DNA of 64,000 nucleotides from Myxococcota bacterium (GTDB taxonomy: Bacteria; Myxococcota_A; Polyangia; Polyangiales; Houyiibacteriaceae): the NCBI GenBank assembly GCA_028284955.1, contig JANQQS010000005.1, forward strand, positions 70,007-134,006. Reading direction: 5' to 3'. A program made the position numbers and the translations under genes. Below, in pieces: positions 9,245-18,484 of the stretch (the first letter of the stretch is position 1; each line of letters starts with the position of its first letter). The notes below the pieces were generated by a model. The model saw only the letters and a program-made list of their open reading frames with translations, ran no database searches and was not told the origin of the DNA.

Positions 9245-10723
9245 CTAAAGCAATAGACTCTCGCATCTGCCCTCTACGCATACCAGCGGGTCGCAACAAT
9301 CAGAATCCCCTTCGCACGCGCCACAAGCGCCATCCATGCAGGCTTGGCTGCTGTCGCACATGCCGCAGGTTTCACACGTGGTGGTGGTGGGAGGCGCTTC
9401 GCAGGTCTTGCCCGCTTCGAGAATCGCTCGGTCGTAGTGAATGGTGGCGCGGCCCGCGGCGGCGAAATCTTTCGCGAACACCGACCCGAACACTTCCAGC
9501 GCTCCGGCTCCGGTCACCACCGCTTGCGGCGCATAGAGATTGCCTACGAACGCGCTCCTCCCCGCCAAAGCAATCGCTTGGTCTCCGGCAACGTATACGC
9601 GCGTCGCGGCAGGGCGCTCTTCGGAACCGAACGTGATCGTTCCTGCGGAAACCAAGTTTCCTTTGATGAACACATCGAGCTCGCCTTTCGTGCCGAGCTC
9701 AACTTCGAGCGACCCGGCCATGGCGACGTTCTTTTCGACAAAGAGCGCGGTGCGACCGTTGACAACGAGTGTAAGCGCGCCGGCTCCCCCTACCGAATCG
9801 ACATAGAACCGACCGCAGGGCAGCTCCACGCGCTCTTCGCCTGCCACGTTGGTTAGCGCATCAGCATCGAGATCTGCTTCGTCGTTGTCGTTGTTTTCAG
9901 CTGCCGCGGCTACGAGCGCTGAAACATCGAGCAAATCCTCGGCATCACAGGCGCAGGGAGCGTCTACCTGAACGTCTTCACGCACAACCTCGCCGGCTAC
10001 CTCCAGCGAACCCGTGAAAGCCTGTAGCTCGCCCGGCGTTTGAATCAAATCGCGCCCGATAGACAGAGTCCCAGCTCCTACAAGAGTGCCATCGAGAGAA
10101 AAATCTCGTGAGATGTCCATCCCCCCCGCGGCGCCAAACCTCCCCGACGCAGAAACATCGCCGAGCACTTCGTGGTCTCCGCCGGCGAGGAACAGCCCCT
10201 TCGATCCAGCGACCGTCAACGACCCGCCCACGCTTATTTTGCCGCCAACACTGAACACATCGTTGGTTCCCACCGCACCGCCGCCCATATCGTCGGCGGC
10301 AAACGAACTATCGCTCGAATCCCCCGCATCGGTCGTGAGCGCGCCGGCCACCGACACCGTTCGACACGCGCAGAGCGCAGAGCGAAACGTGCGCGCGGCG
10401 ATTTCTCCGGCACACGTTTTGGTGATGCTCGTGCTGTCGCCGACCACCACGGGCGCTCCTGTCCCAGCGCAAAACGATTCGCGCGTGCCCCCGATCGTCG
10501 ACGCGCTCGCTTCCGCCGATTCTTCGCTGGCGCTCACCCCATCTACGCCCCCGTCTACGTCAGCCTGGGGCGCGGTGTCGCCGCATCCGCCAAACCCCAA
10601 GAGCGCCCCGGCAAACGCCACCAGCACCAAAGCGTCGCTTCGACACTGATTCCCTCGCTGATGTCTGCCGTTTGTGGAGAAAAAACCCGCGAAATAGCCC
10701 ACGCCAAGCTCCTCTGCCCGCAC
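9245..10723 (-). CDS. Lipoprotein with Gly/Ala-rich beta-solenoid-like domain and Cys-rich tail
   Basis: FGGC lipobox; repeated xAGxLxV strands, GNLYAPQA motif; C-terminal CETCGMC..CCDPLVC; start uncertain. Confidence 0.75.
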   Translation of the reverse strand: MRAEELGVGYFAGFFSTNGRHQRGNQCRSDALVLVAFAGALLGFGGCGDTAPQADVDGGVDGVSASEESAEASASTIGGTRESFCAGTGAPVVVGDSTSITKTCAGEIAARTFRSALCACRTVSVAGALTTDAGDSSDSSFAADDMGGGAVGTNDVFSVGGKISVGGSLTVAGSKGLFLAGGDHEVLGDVSASGRFGAAGGMDISRDFSLDGTLVGAGTLSIGRDLIQTPGELQAFTGSLEVAGEVVREDVQVDAPCACDAEDLLDVSALVAAAAENNDNDEADLDADALTNVAGEERVELPCGRFYVDSVGGAGALTLVVNGRTALFVEKNVAMAGSLEVELGTKGELDVFIKGNLVSAGTITFGSEERPAATRVYVAGDQAIALAGRSAFVGNLYAPQAVVTGAGALEVFGSVFAKDFAAAGRATIHYDRAILEAGKTCEAPPTTTTCETCGMCDSSQACMDGACGACEGDSDCCDPLVCVEGRCESLLL

Positions 10724-10821
10724 CGATCCCGCCGATCCAAACGGCGGCCTTCCGGGCTGTCGTACTGTGTAGGTGCGCGGACCCTCCCGAACGGGTCAAA
10801 GAAAGTTCAAACTTTTTCGAG

Positions 10822-12438
10822 CTACGCGTACGTCCACACGAGCCAAGCTGAAAGCGCAAGCAATGCGCCAGCTTGCACGCGAAACTGAGAATACCGAAAC
10901 TGAGAATACCGAAACTGAAAAAAACACGGTCGCGGCGCGGCGAGGCTCGGTTTCTCCTCAGGAATCGCTCGCGACGCTTCAGTCGACCGCGCGGGAGTCG
11001 CGAGCGCTCGCGCCGGTGGAGGCTCGGTCGCCAAGCTGACCGCAGCAATCACCACACACGTCAATGCAAAGAAGATTCCGCCAAGAATCGTCTCGTGAAT
11101 TTGGGGCCACCGCAAGAAGGTCCGCGAAACAAACGTCGCGACCGATATCGCCTGCCCGAACACCAACCCACAGAGTGCCCCGCGGGCGTTCGCGCGAGGC
11201 CAAAAGATACCCAGCACAAACAATGCGACGACAGGAGGAAACGCAAACGACAGCGCGGTTTGAAGATACGCAAAAATGTTCGCCGAGCGCGCCACCACGG
11301 GTACCCACACCACGCTGATCACCATGAACATCACGGTCACCACACGCCCGATTCTCGTCAGCGCGGCGTCGCTGGTATAGGGACGAAGCTTCTTGACAAA
11401 ATCCATGGTGACGAGGGTCGACGCAGAATTCAGCGTCGAGTCTATGCTGGACATGATCGCAGCCACCAGCGTCGCCAACACAAGCCCCCGAAGCCCGGTT
11501 GGCAAGATCTCAGTCACCAGGGTTGGAAACGCAAGGTCTGGGCGCGCCAAGTCGGGATAGAGATGGCGCGCAATGATGCCAGGAAAGATCATGGTAAAGA
11601 GCACCGACAGCTTGAGCAATCCATTGAGCAGCGCGCCCTTGCGCGCATGGTCCACATCCCGCGCGGCAAGCACGCGCTGCACCACAAACTGGTTGGTGGT
11701 CCAGAAGTACAAGTTGATGATGGGAATGCCCGTCAGCGCGCCGAGCCACGGCATGGTCGGATCGTCGCTCGGCTGAAAGAGCCGCAGCTTGGACGGCGGT
11801 GTGGCTTCGACCACCGCCTCCCACGAGCCCGCCGCCTCGAGAGCGAACAACGCAAGCACGCTCGTTCCAACAATCAAGACGACGGACTGAAACGTATCGG
11901 TATACACCACCGCCGAGAGCCCCCCTGCGGCGGTATAGAGCCCGGCAATCAATGCAAGCGTCGTGCTGGATAACCAAAGCGGAACGGATGGAAAAAAGAG
12001 CTGGATGACCAACGCACCCGCGTACAGCGTGGCCGCGGTATCGATGAGAATGTTGCCGGCAATAGTCAGCGCCGAAAAATAGTAGCGACAGACGGGGGAA
12101 AAGCGCTGCTCGAGATATTCCGGAATGGTGTAGAGTCTGGATTCTAGGTAGCGCGGCACAAAAAACGCCGCGAACACCACCATCACTACGGCGACCATCC
12201 ACTCGTAGTTGGCGACGGAAATACCCGAATCATAGGCCGCGCCAGCCAACCCGACGAGCGTAGTGCTCGACACGTTCGACGCGAAGAGCGAAAGCCCGAC
12301 CACAGGCCAGCCCAGGCGCCGGCTCGCGAGAAAATATTCTTCGGGGTTGTTCTGGCGCCTGGCAAAGCGAACACCAATCACCAACACGACCGCGAGATAC
12401 AGACCGACCAGCCCTAGGTCGATAGGATGCAGGTTCAA
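10822..12438 (-). CDS. Sodium:solute symporter (SSS/SLC5, sugar-type)
   Basis: EEYFLASRRLGW, SLFASNVSSTTLVGLAG, YTIPEYLEQRF, YTAAGGLSAVVYTD, AAIMSSIDSTLNS. Confidence 0.95.
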   Translation of the reverse strand: MNLHPIDLGLVGLYLAVVLVIGVRFARRQNNPEEYFLASRRLGWPVVGLSLFASNVSSTTLVGLAGAAYDSGISVANYEWMVAVVMVVFAAFFVPRYLESRLYTIPEYLEQRFSPVCRYYFSALTIAGNILIDTAATLYAGALVIQLFFPSVPLWLSSTTLALIAGLYTAAGGLSAVVYTDTFQSVVLIVGTSVLALFALEAAGSWEAVVEATPPSKLRLFQPSDDPTMPWLGALTGIPIINLYFWTTNQFVVQRVLAARDVDHARKGALLNGLLKLSVLFTMIFPGIIARHLYPDLARPDLAFPTLVTEILPTGLRGLVLATLVAAIMSSIDSTLNSASTLVTMDFVKKLRPYTSDAALTRIGRVVTVMFMVISVVWVPVVARSANIFAYLQTALSFAFPPVVALFVLGIFWPRANARGALCGLVFGQAISVATFVSRTFLRWPQIHETILGGIFFALTCVVIAAVSLATEPPPARALATPARSTEASRAIPEEKPSLAAPRPCFFQFRYSQFRYSQFRVQAGALLALSAWLVWTYA

Positions 12439-12461
12439 GTCAACGTACCTTCGCGCTCAAG

Positions 12462-12525
12462 TTCCCTGCAGCCATATCCCTGGCAGCCATATCCCTGGCA
12501 GCCATGTCCCTGGCGACCATGTCCC
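12462..12525. repeat. 15-bp tandem repeat (gcagccatatccctg) x~4, intergenic
   Basis: Directly visible between ligase stop and symporter start. Confidence 0.8.
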
Positions 12526-12546
12526 ACCGAGGCATATCTCTTAGAA

Positions 12547-13968
12547 TCAGGCAGCACTTGATTCGCGCGTGTATCGCACCATCTTACCGGGTGCATGCAG
12601 CCTTTCGACACGACGAACATGAAGTTCGAGGTTGCCAAACCGAGACCATATGTCGCGACGAATGCGCCGTTCGAATTCGTCGCGCGCATGGCCACCGTAA
12701 TCGGGCGGCGGAACCCAATCGATGTGGATCGCGCCGCATGGCTGGCCGCGCTGGCTTCCGTGGCTGTGCTGTATCATCGGACTGCACTGCCTCATCTGGT
12801 AGTGGAACGCGCCACCGCGCTCCATGATCGCCCCTAGTTCACGAGGATCGAACCGCTGGGTCTCGTCGCCGTCGGGGTGCTCAAAGAAATGATGCCCTAC
12901 GCGACCCGCGATATCGGTGATGGTCTGGCCCTTTGTTCCATCGGAACGTTCCGACCGCTCGAGCGTCCCCCAATCACCCGTCCGATAGCGGACGAGAGGC
13001 GTCAGCCAATTCAGCATACTGGTCACCACAAACTCCCCAGTGCCTTCATCCGATAGGGTGCCGTCTTCTCGCAACACTTCCACGTACATGCCGGGAAGCA
13101 CACGGAGCCCCCCTTTTGGTTGTTCTTCCTCTGCCACCCCTCCGGTTTCTGTGAGCCCATACACGTCGAGCACCGGGCAACAAAAGTGCTCGGCGAGGAA
13201 CGATCGGTAGTTGTCGTAGAGCGGCGAACTGCTGAGGCACAAAACAGCAGGCTGAATCCGCTGATCTGCTGGCCCCATTTCTTGGTCGAGCTCGGCAAGC
13301 GCCACCGCATGCCACGTCGAGGTGCTGATGATGGCCGGAGCATGTTTTCGTAATACGGCGACGGTTTCCCGATCCTCTTCATCGGTGCTGATGCCTGCGG
13401 CTTCCTCTTGGTTGGTCGGCGTGCGATTTCGTGAGAACTTGAACGCCTGAATCAACGCGAGCTCGTTCGCGGGCATGACGATCGCAGGCTTCGATCCTGC
13501 TACTTGATCGTCGAAGTGAGAGACGCGATTGTAGAGCTTCGCGACGCCCAACTGGCGTGACCTCAAGCGTTTCGCGGCGTTTGGATGCCGCGCAAAAATG
13601 CGGTCCCAGAACCCGTAGACCCTCGCATACATCGCGACCGAGTCGTACGCGACGTGAATCGAGCACCCGGTAAACGCGCTCGTTTCGGAAATCATCGTGC
13701 TCGAAGTCTCAGCTCCTCGGGCGACAAAGCTATCCCCATCGCGCTCCAAATCGGCGCGCGACACCAGTGGAAAATCCTGAACATGCAGTGCTGTCTCTCT
13801 GTGGGTGCGGGCAACATGCGCATAAAACGGCACGCGGTTGGCTACGTACTCAAGAAATCGGTTCGATCCTTCTTCGGTACTCAACAGGTGCATGCGATCC
13901 TGAAACTCCGAATACGCGTCGATCGAAGCCTTTAGATGAACCACCCTTCGGACATTCTCGTTTTGCAC
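12547..13968 (-). CDS. Phenylacetate-CoA ligase-like (PaaK/F390 synthetase, ANL superfamily) adenylating enzyme
   Basis: VPFY N-motif, P-loop ETSAFTG (variant of TSGxTG), DVYGLTETG, PLVRYRTGDWG, AGR hinge, PGKMVRY C-terminal Lys. Confidence 0.85.
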   Translation of the reverse strand: MQNENVRRVVHLKASIDAYSEFQDRMHLLSTEEGSNRFLEYVANRVPFYAHVARTHRETALHVQDFPLVSRADLERDGDSFVARGAETSSTMISETSAFTGCSIHVAYDSVAMYARVYGFWDRIFARHPNAAKRLRSRQLGVAKLYNRVSHFDDQVAGSKPAIVMPANELALIQAFKFSRNRTPTNQEEAAGISTDEEDRETVAVLRKHAPAIISTSTWHAVALAELDQEMGPADQRIQPAVLCLSSSPLYDNYRSFLAEHFCCPVLDVYGLTETGGVAEEEQPKGGLRVLPGMYVEVLREDGTLSDEGTGEFVVTSMLNWLTPLVRYRTGDWGTLERSERSDGTKGQTITDIAGRVGHHFFEHPDGDETQRFDPRELGAIMERGGAFHYQMRQCSPMIQHSHGSQRGQPCGAIHIDWVPPPDYGGHARDEFERRIRRDIWSRFGNLELHVRRVERLHAPGKMVRYTRESSAA

Positions 13969-13980
13969 CGCAGCATCCTT

Positions 13981-14084
13981 CGACAGTGTTCGGCGACATC
14001 ATTCAGCGACATCATTCAGCGACATCATTCAGCGACATCGTTCAGCGACATCGTTCAACGATGTGGTCTTGCGACATCGTCCTG
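13981..14084. repeat. 13-bp tandem repeat (cgacatcRttcag) x~8
   Basis: Five near-perfect and three degenerate units between the peptide gene and the ligase gene. Confidence 0.85.
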
Positions 14085-14138
14085 CGACCGTTCGAACTCG
14101 ATGAAGGCTCGGTCGAACGATCACAGGACCTCCTGAAA

Positions 14139-14291
14139 CTAGGCATCGACGGCAAGCAGGTCGCATTTTTGCAGAGTACCTTCGCCTCCGACGACTTGGC
14201 GTTTCTCTGTTTCGGTCAGCGCTTCGCCCAGGGATTCGAGAAGCTCTTTGGCGCGCTCGACTGATTCCATTTGCTTTTTCTTTCGGTCCAT
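14139..14291 (-). CDS. Putative RiPP precursor peptide (50 aa) with double-glycine-type leader
   Basis: AAGGAG RBS 5 nt before ATG; MDRKKKQMESVERAKELLESLGEALTETEKRQVVGG|EGTLQKCDLLAVDA. Confidence 0.65.
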   Translation of the reverse strand: MDRKKKQMESVERAKELLESLGEALTETEKRQVVGGEGTLQKCDLLAVDA

Positions 14292-14635
14292 CATGTCTCC
14301 TTGCAAACGATTCACGTGTGACCCGCGACTCGCTCCCCAGAGCGCCGCAAGCCCACGCAGCATGACTCTCTGAGCTTCGAGCGAGCGAAACAAGTCATCA
14401 ATCCGAACGCAAAGGTCAGCTCTGATGACCTTTGCCGCTCGGCCAATCTGTCGGCGGCCGACCCGTTGATGGACTAGCCCGGATATTTCACAAGATCCGC
14501 GAAGATCGCGCAGCGATTCGGAATCACAAACGGTTTTCGGATCGAAGGGAATACACTTTGTATTTTCGAGATTCGAAAACCGTTTGTGGTTTCGAAGGGC
14601 AAGCGAGGTTCATGGATTCTTGTGAAATATCCGGG

Positions 14636-16726
14636 CTAATCGTCGACGGGGTGGTCGCTCGCTGCCGTCAACACGGCCCATACTGCTTCGGATCGAGCGT
14701 TCATGACGCTCCCCGATCGCCGCACAACAAAAATGCCCATTTCAGGAGCTGTCGCAGATTCTGCAGAGTCGCCTGTTCGTTCCCCGTTTTGGTCATTGAT
14801 GACGGTCAGACCAGCGCCGTATACGCGCACAAACGTCGCAGGAAAGACGGCCGCGGCCAGATGGTTGCGCACCAGCAGAAGCGCTACATCGGCGTTCTCA
14901 ACCGGCCGTAACGTAGGTCCGGACGGTTCATCCGTGCGTCCCCACGCTGACCGCAGCCACGCCTGTTCGAGCTCGTCGTCTGTATGGTACGTCGCAAAGC
15001 AAAGCGCGCTCGGCACGCCCCCTGAGTCGCCGCATCGAGCAAGATATTCCCGCGTTGCAACGGCTACGAGCTTCTCTCGACGGATCAATATCGACTCAAA
15101 AAGATTCGAGCGCGCGTCGTCACACCAAATCGCAATGTCCACCGTTCCGTTCGCGAGGGCCGCGTGCGCTTCTCGGTCATTCATCGATGCACATTGAACG
15201 TCGATATCGGGGTGTGCTTTCGCGAGCTCGATTTGCTGCGCGCGCATCCACAGCGGCGCCACCGCGCCACACAGCGCCAGCGCCACCGGGCCCTCTTTAT
15301 CTCGATGAACGGCCACGACCTCTCGAAGCGCATCGTCGATGCGCCGAAACTCCCGAGTGATCGAGGCATGCAAAGCCCGTCCTGAACGCGTGGGTCGAGC
15401 TTGGCGGCCGACCCGCTCGAAAAGCGGAACGCCGAGTTGGCCTTCGAGCGTTTTGATCTGCTGACTCAATGCCGTGCGCGCAATGCCGCAGCGTGCCGCC
15501 GCGAGATCAAAGGTAGGCCCATGCGCCGCCTCCACGAACGTACGAAGCAAATCGTAGTTCACGGGCACGGGCTCAGCTCGCCGCCTCCGTGGCATAAACA
15601 CTTTGGATTTTCGCCCCTCGCCCTTCTCGAAGAGCATTCGCTGGTCGCAAAGATGATGATAGAGCGTCGGGTCTGGCCGAGTCAGCGCCGAAAAGTCTTG
15701 CGGATCCGCAAACCCAAACCGACACAGCGCAGCGAGTACGCCCGCCGACGCGGGAAGCTCAGACCGGAAGAGGTGGTGAGGATAGCGGCGGTCGTCGCGT
15801 CGCACAGCCGGCGCGCTTGCCACGGAGTTACCATGCCGCAGCACGTCTTGCTCCACGTTGCGCGGAACCGCACGAATGTTGAATGCACTGGTCAAGGCGG
15901 AGAAATCCAAGCCGCTGTCCCCGAAGTAGAACTTCCGCGCAGTCGCTCTGTGATCTGCGGGCGAACCCGTTTTTTGATCCGACGAAGCTCGCGCGCGTAG
16001 CACCGCGCTGGCATACACAAATGCGTTTTCTTTGCCCCCATGCATCGGCAAAAAATCGATATTGTGCTGCCCGGCAAATGGCTCCTCATGTTTGATGTCG
16101 GAGCAGGTCACCAGCACGTCGACCCCTTCGAGCGCCCGTACTGCGCGCTGTAGAGAAGCCAGTAGCCTCTGCAGATGCGCCCGATCAAAACCGCGCGTGT
16201 CCGCGTAGAAGCTCTGCTTGAGCTCGTGACATCGATCGTCGCCGGCGCGGATATTTTCCGCGTATTCATCGTGGGGCACCGCGCGAATGCCCGCGTCGCG
16301 AAACGCGCGAAACGCCGCGTCTCGAATGGCCTTATAGTCGAACTGCTTCAGCAGTTCGCGGCGCCAAGCCTTGTCGAGCCGATAGCCCCCCTTGCCATCG
16401 GCAAAGCGCACCGAAGAGCCGATGTCGCAGATGACAAAATCCATGGCCGGGATGCCAAAACGTTGCCAATCCCGTTTGAGCATCTTCCAGGAGCGCGCGG
16501 TCACGATCCCCACTCGTGCACCTCGCTCGCGTGCACGCTGTAGCGAAACGCATACTTCGGGCAAGCAAAGCTGTGACTGGTCGACGTCTTCAGACGAGAA
16601 GAAGTCGATATCTTCAGATGAGAGAAAATCGTCTCGCGGAGCCACCAAGGTCCAATCGAAACTCAATCCCAGCATGTCCTGCGCCGGTTCCACCGAATGG
16701 AACCGTAGCCGAAAAACTGCCGCCAT
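14636..16726 (-). CDS. Fusion: HAD IIB (sucrose-phosphatase-like) domain + LysR-type regulator
   Basis: HAD motifs SFDWTL, VTARS, DFLP..GK, FGDSGLD; LysR HTH LRTFVEAAHGPTFDLAAARCGIARTALSQQIKTLEGQLGVPLFER + substrate-binding domain. Confidence 0.85.
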   Translation of the reverse strand: MAAVFRLRFHSVEPAQDMLGLSFDWTLVAPRDDFLSSEDIDFFSSEDVDQSQLCLPEVCVSLQRARERGARVGIVTARSWKMLKRDWQRFGIPAMDFVICDIGSSVRFADGKGGYRLDKAWRRELLKQFDYKAIRDAAFRAFRDAGIRAVPHDEYAENIRAGDDRCHELKQSFYADTRGFDRAHLQRLLASLQRAVRALEGVDVLVTCSDIKHEEPFAGQHNIDFLPMHGGKENAFVYASAVLRARASSDQKTGSPADHRATARKFYFGDSGLDFSALTSAFNIRAVPRNVEQDVLRHGNSVASAPAVRRDDRRYPHHLFRSELPASAGVLAALCRFGFADPQDFSALTRPDPTLYHHLCDQRMLFEKGEGRKSKVFMPRRRRAEPVPVNYDLLRTFVEAAHGPTFDLAAARCGIARTALSQQIKTLEGQLGVPLFERVGRQARPTRSGRALHASITREFRRIDDALREVVAVHRDKEGPVALALCGAVAPLWMRAQQIELAKAHPDIDVQCASMNDREAHAALANGTVDIAIWCDDARSNLFESILIRREKLVAVATREYLARCGDSGGVPSALCFATYHTDDELEQAWLRSAWGRTDEPSGPTLRPVENADVALLLVRNHLAAAVFPATFVRVYGAGLTVINDQNGERTGDSAESATAPEMGIFVVRRSGSVMNARSEAVWAVLTAASDHPVDD

Positions 16727-16819
16727 GGCCGAGATTTTCGAATCGCCGAGCCGTCATATTCCCAGGGCCGATGAGCTCGTAGGCAAACGATCGGTCAGCC
16801 GAGCAACTCGCACGATCAC

Positions 16820-16885
16820 CCGTTGCATAACCGACGGTCGCATAACCGACAGTCGCATAACCGCCCGTTGCATAACGACAGTCGC
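16820..16885. repeat. 15-bp tandem repeat (gcataaccgacrgtc) x4 upstream of HAD-LysR
   Basis: Directly visible. Confidence 0.75.
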
Positions 16886-16886
16886 G

Positions 16887-18398
16887 CTATCGACGACGAC
16901 GTCGCCGCAGCGCAAACCCTACCGCCACACAAGCCATCCCCCAGACTCCGAACGCCACGGAGTGTGACTTGCGTCCGCTCGACTGCAGACCAACTGCGCA
17001 GCCGCCTCCCGAATCGCCCGAACCATCGGCTGACCCCGCCCCGCTTCCTCCATCCACGCCAGACGAACCGTTTTCTCCCGACTCGCCAGGCGATCCAGGG
17101 TTGCGCGCACTGCAGTCGGCGCGACATCGCCCTGATTCAGAATCGGAGTTGAGCGAACCGTCGTCGCATGCTTCACCATCATCGGTGACCGCATCGCCGC
17201 AAGACGGATTGCGACAAGTGGAGCGACAGCGGTCAGGATCGAAATCGCTGATGTCCGCGCCGCTATCGCATTCTTCGTCGCCTTCGACCTTGCCATCGCC
17301 GCAGCGAACGCAGCTGCCCTCTCCGGGCGCGCAAAACCGTGAGCCTACCCGTTCGGCGCAGAACTGACCCGTCGGACAGTCGCAATCGCCAGCGCATCGT
17401 GAAGTGCATGCCCCCATCAAGCACACATGACTTTCGCAATCCTTGCCCGTAGAACAGGCTGCGCCGACCGCCCCCGGCCCGGGCGGCCAACAGACTCCCG
17501 CCGGCGCCGCACCCACCGGCAAACACGAAGTGCCCCCGCCGCATTGCGACGCCGCGCCGGTACGGTCACACGCGCGCGAACAATACTGCCGAGGCGCACC
17601 GGTGACGCCCTGACACACCAGCCCCGTAGCGCAACGCATCATGGCATTGCATTCCGTACCGATGCCGCCCGGCGGAACAGGCATACAGCTCATGCCCGTG
17701 CACGCCGATCGGTAACATTGTGTATCTGCAGAACATAACGCCGCGCCCACAGGATAGTTCGCCACCGCGCCCGCCTTGTCGGCATCGCTCAGCGAAGCTC
17801 GGTCGCCCACCTGAGCAAACATCATCGCATCGGCTCGTGCGCTATGGCCAAGCCCGAGCGCATGACCCAACTCATGCAGCAGCACGCCCTCCAGATTGGC
17901 GCCACTGCCCCATTGGTGGTCGACGCCGTTGATCACAATGTCGGTTTCGATCAGCGTCGTATTGTCGTTGGGGTTGAGAAAGCGAATCGCCGCCCCCAGC
18001 GCCCCCGCCCCCGAATGCGCGCTCGCGCCCGGCGGATTCCATGCGCTTTGTTCCCACGACACCACGTTTCGACCATCGCGTACGCTGAGCGACGACGACG
18101 CTGCCGCCTCGCCTGCATACGACGCGCGAAACCCGCTCCCCGCCGCGTTCCACTGCTCGATCGCTCGCTGAAGCGCCGCCACCGCTCGATCGGCGCCCTC
18201 CTCCGCGTTCGTCAGGTCGATATAAAACGGCACCGGCGTGGCGCGCCATTTGCGGTTGTCGAGTTTGAAATCTTGAGCGGCCGACTGAAGCGGAAGGAGG
18301 CACCCCAACCACGCGACCGCGATCCAAATGAAGCGAGAACGCTCGAACGCTCGCGCCAGGCGCTTGGCCCATCGATTCGCAACTTCTGATCGATCCAT
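16887..18398 (-). CDS. Matrixin (M10) metalloprotease with Cys-rich/DUF4215-type repeats and MYXO-CTERM
   Basis: HELGHALGLGH + Met-turn AMM; CGDGKVEGDEECD repeats; GGGCAV..TM..LRRRRRR. Confidence 0.92.
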   Translation of the reverse strand: MDRSEVANRWAKRLARAFERSRFIWIAVAWLGCLLPLQSAAQDFKLDNRKWRATPVPFYIDLTNAEEGADRAVAALQRAIEQWNAAGSGFRASYAGEAAASSSLSVRDGRNVVSWEQSAWNPPGASAHSGAGALGAAIRFLNPNDNTTLIETDIVINGVDHQWGSGANLEGVLLHELGHALGLGHSARADAMMFAQVGDRASLSDADKAGAVANYPVGAALCSADTQCYRSACTGMSCMPVPPGGIGTECNAMMRCATGLVCQGVTGAPRQYCSRACDRTGAASQCGGGTSCLPVGAAPAGVCWPPGPGAVGAACSTGKDCESHVCLMGACTSRCAGDCDCPTGQFCAERVGSRFCAPGEGSCVRCGDGKVEGDEECDSGADISDFDPDRCRSTCRNPSCGDAVTDDGEACDDGSLNSDSESGRCRADCSARNPGSPGESGENGSSGVDGGSGAGSADGSGDSGGGCAVGLQSSGRKSHSVAFGVWGMACVAVGFALRRRRRR

Positions 18399-18484
18399 GA
18401 CAACTCCCGGCGCAAGGGAGTTAAGCTAGCACGTTTGCACAAACGCGCCGGCAGACCCCTCACGCGAACCGCCGGGGAACCACA

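Noticed and set aside
12547-13968. Bona fide paaK of phenylacetate catabolism
   Set aside because: No paa genes nearby, divergent P-loop and insertions; gene symbol withheld
13981-14084. CRISPR array
   Set aside because: Contiguous 13-bp units with no spacers; no cas genes in the window
14055-14141. Longer precursor core by read-through (..VDA*FQEVL*SFDRAFIEFER), or a second 31-aa ORF after CAGGAGG
   Set aside because: Read-through needs two stops suppressed, and both readings run into the tandem repeat; unsupported without homologs
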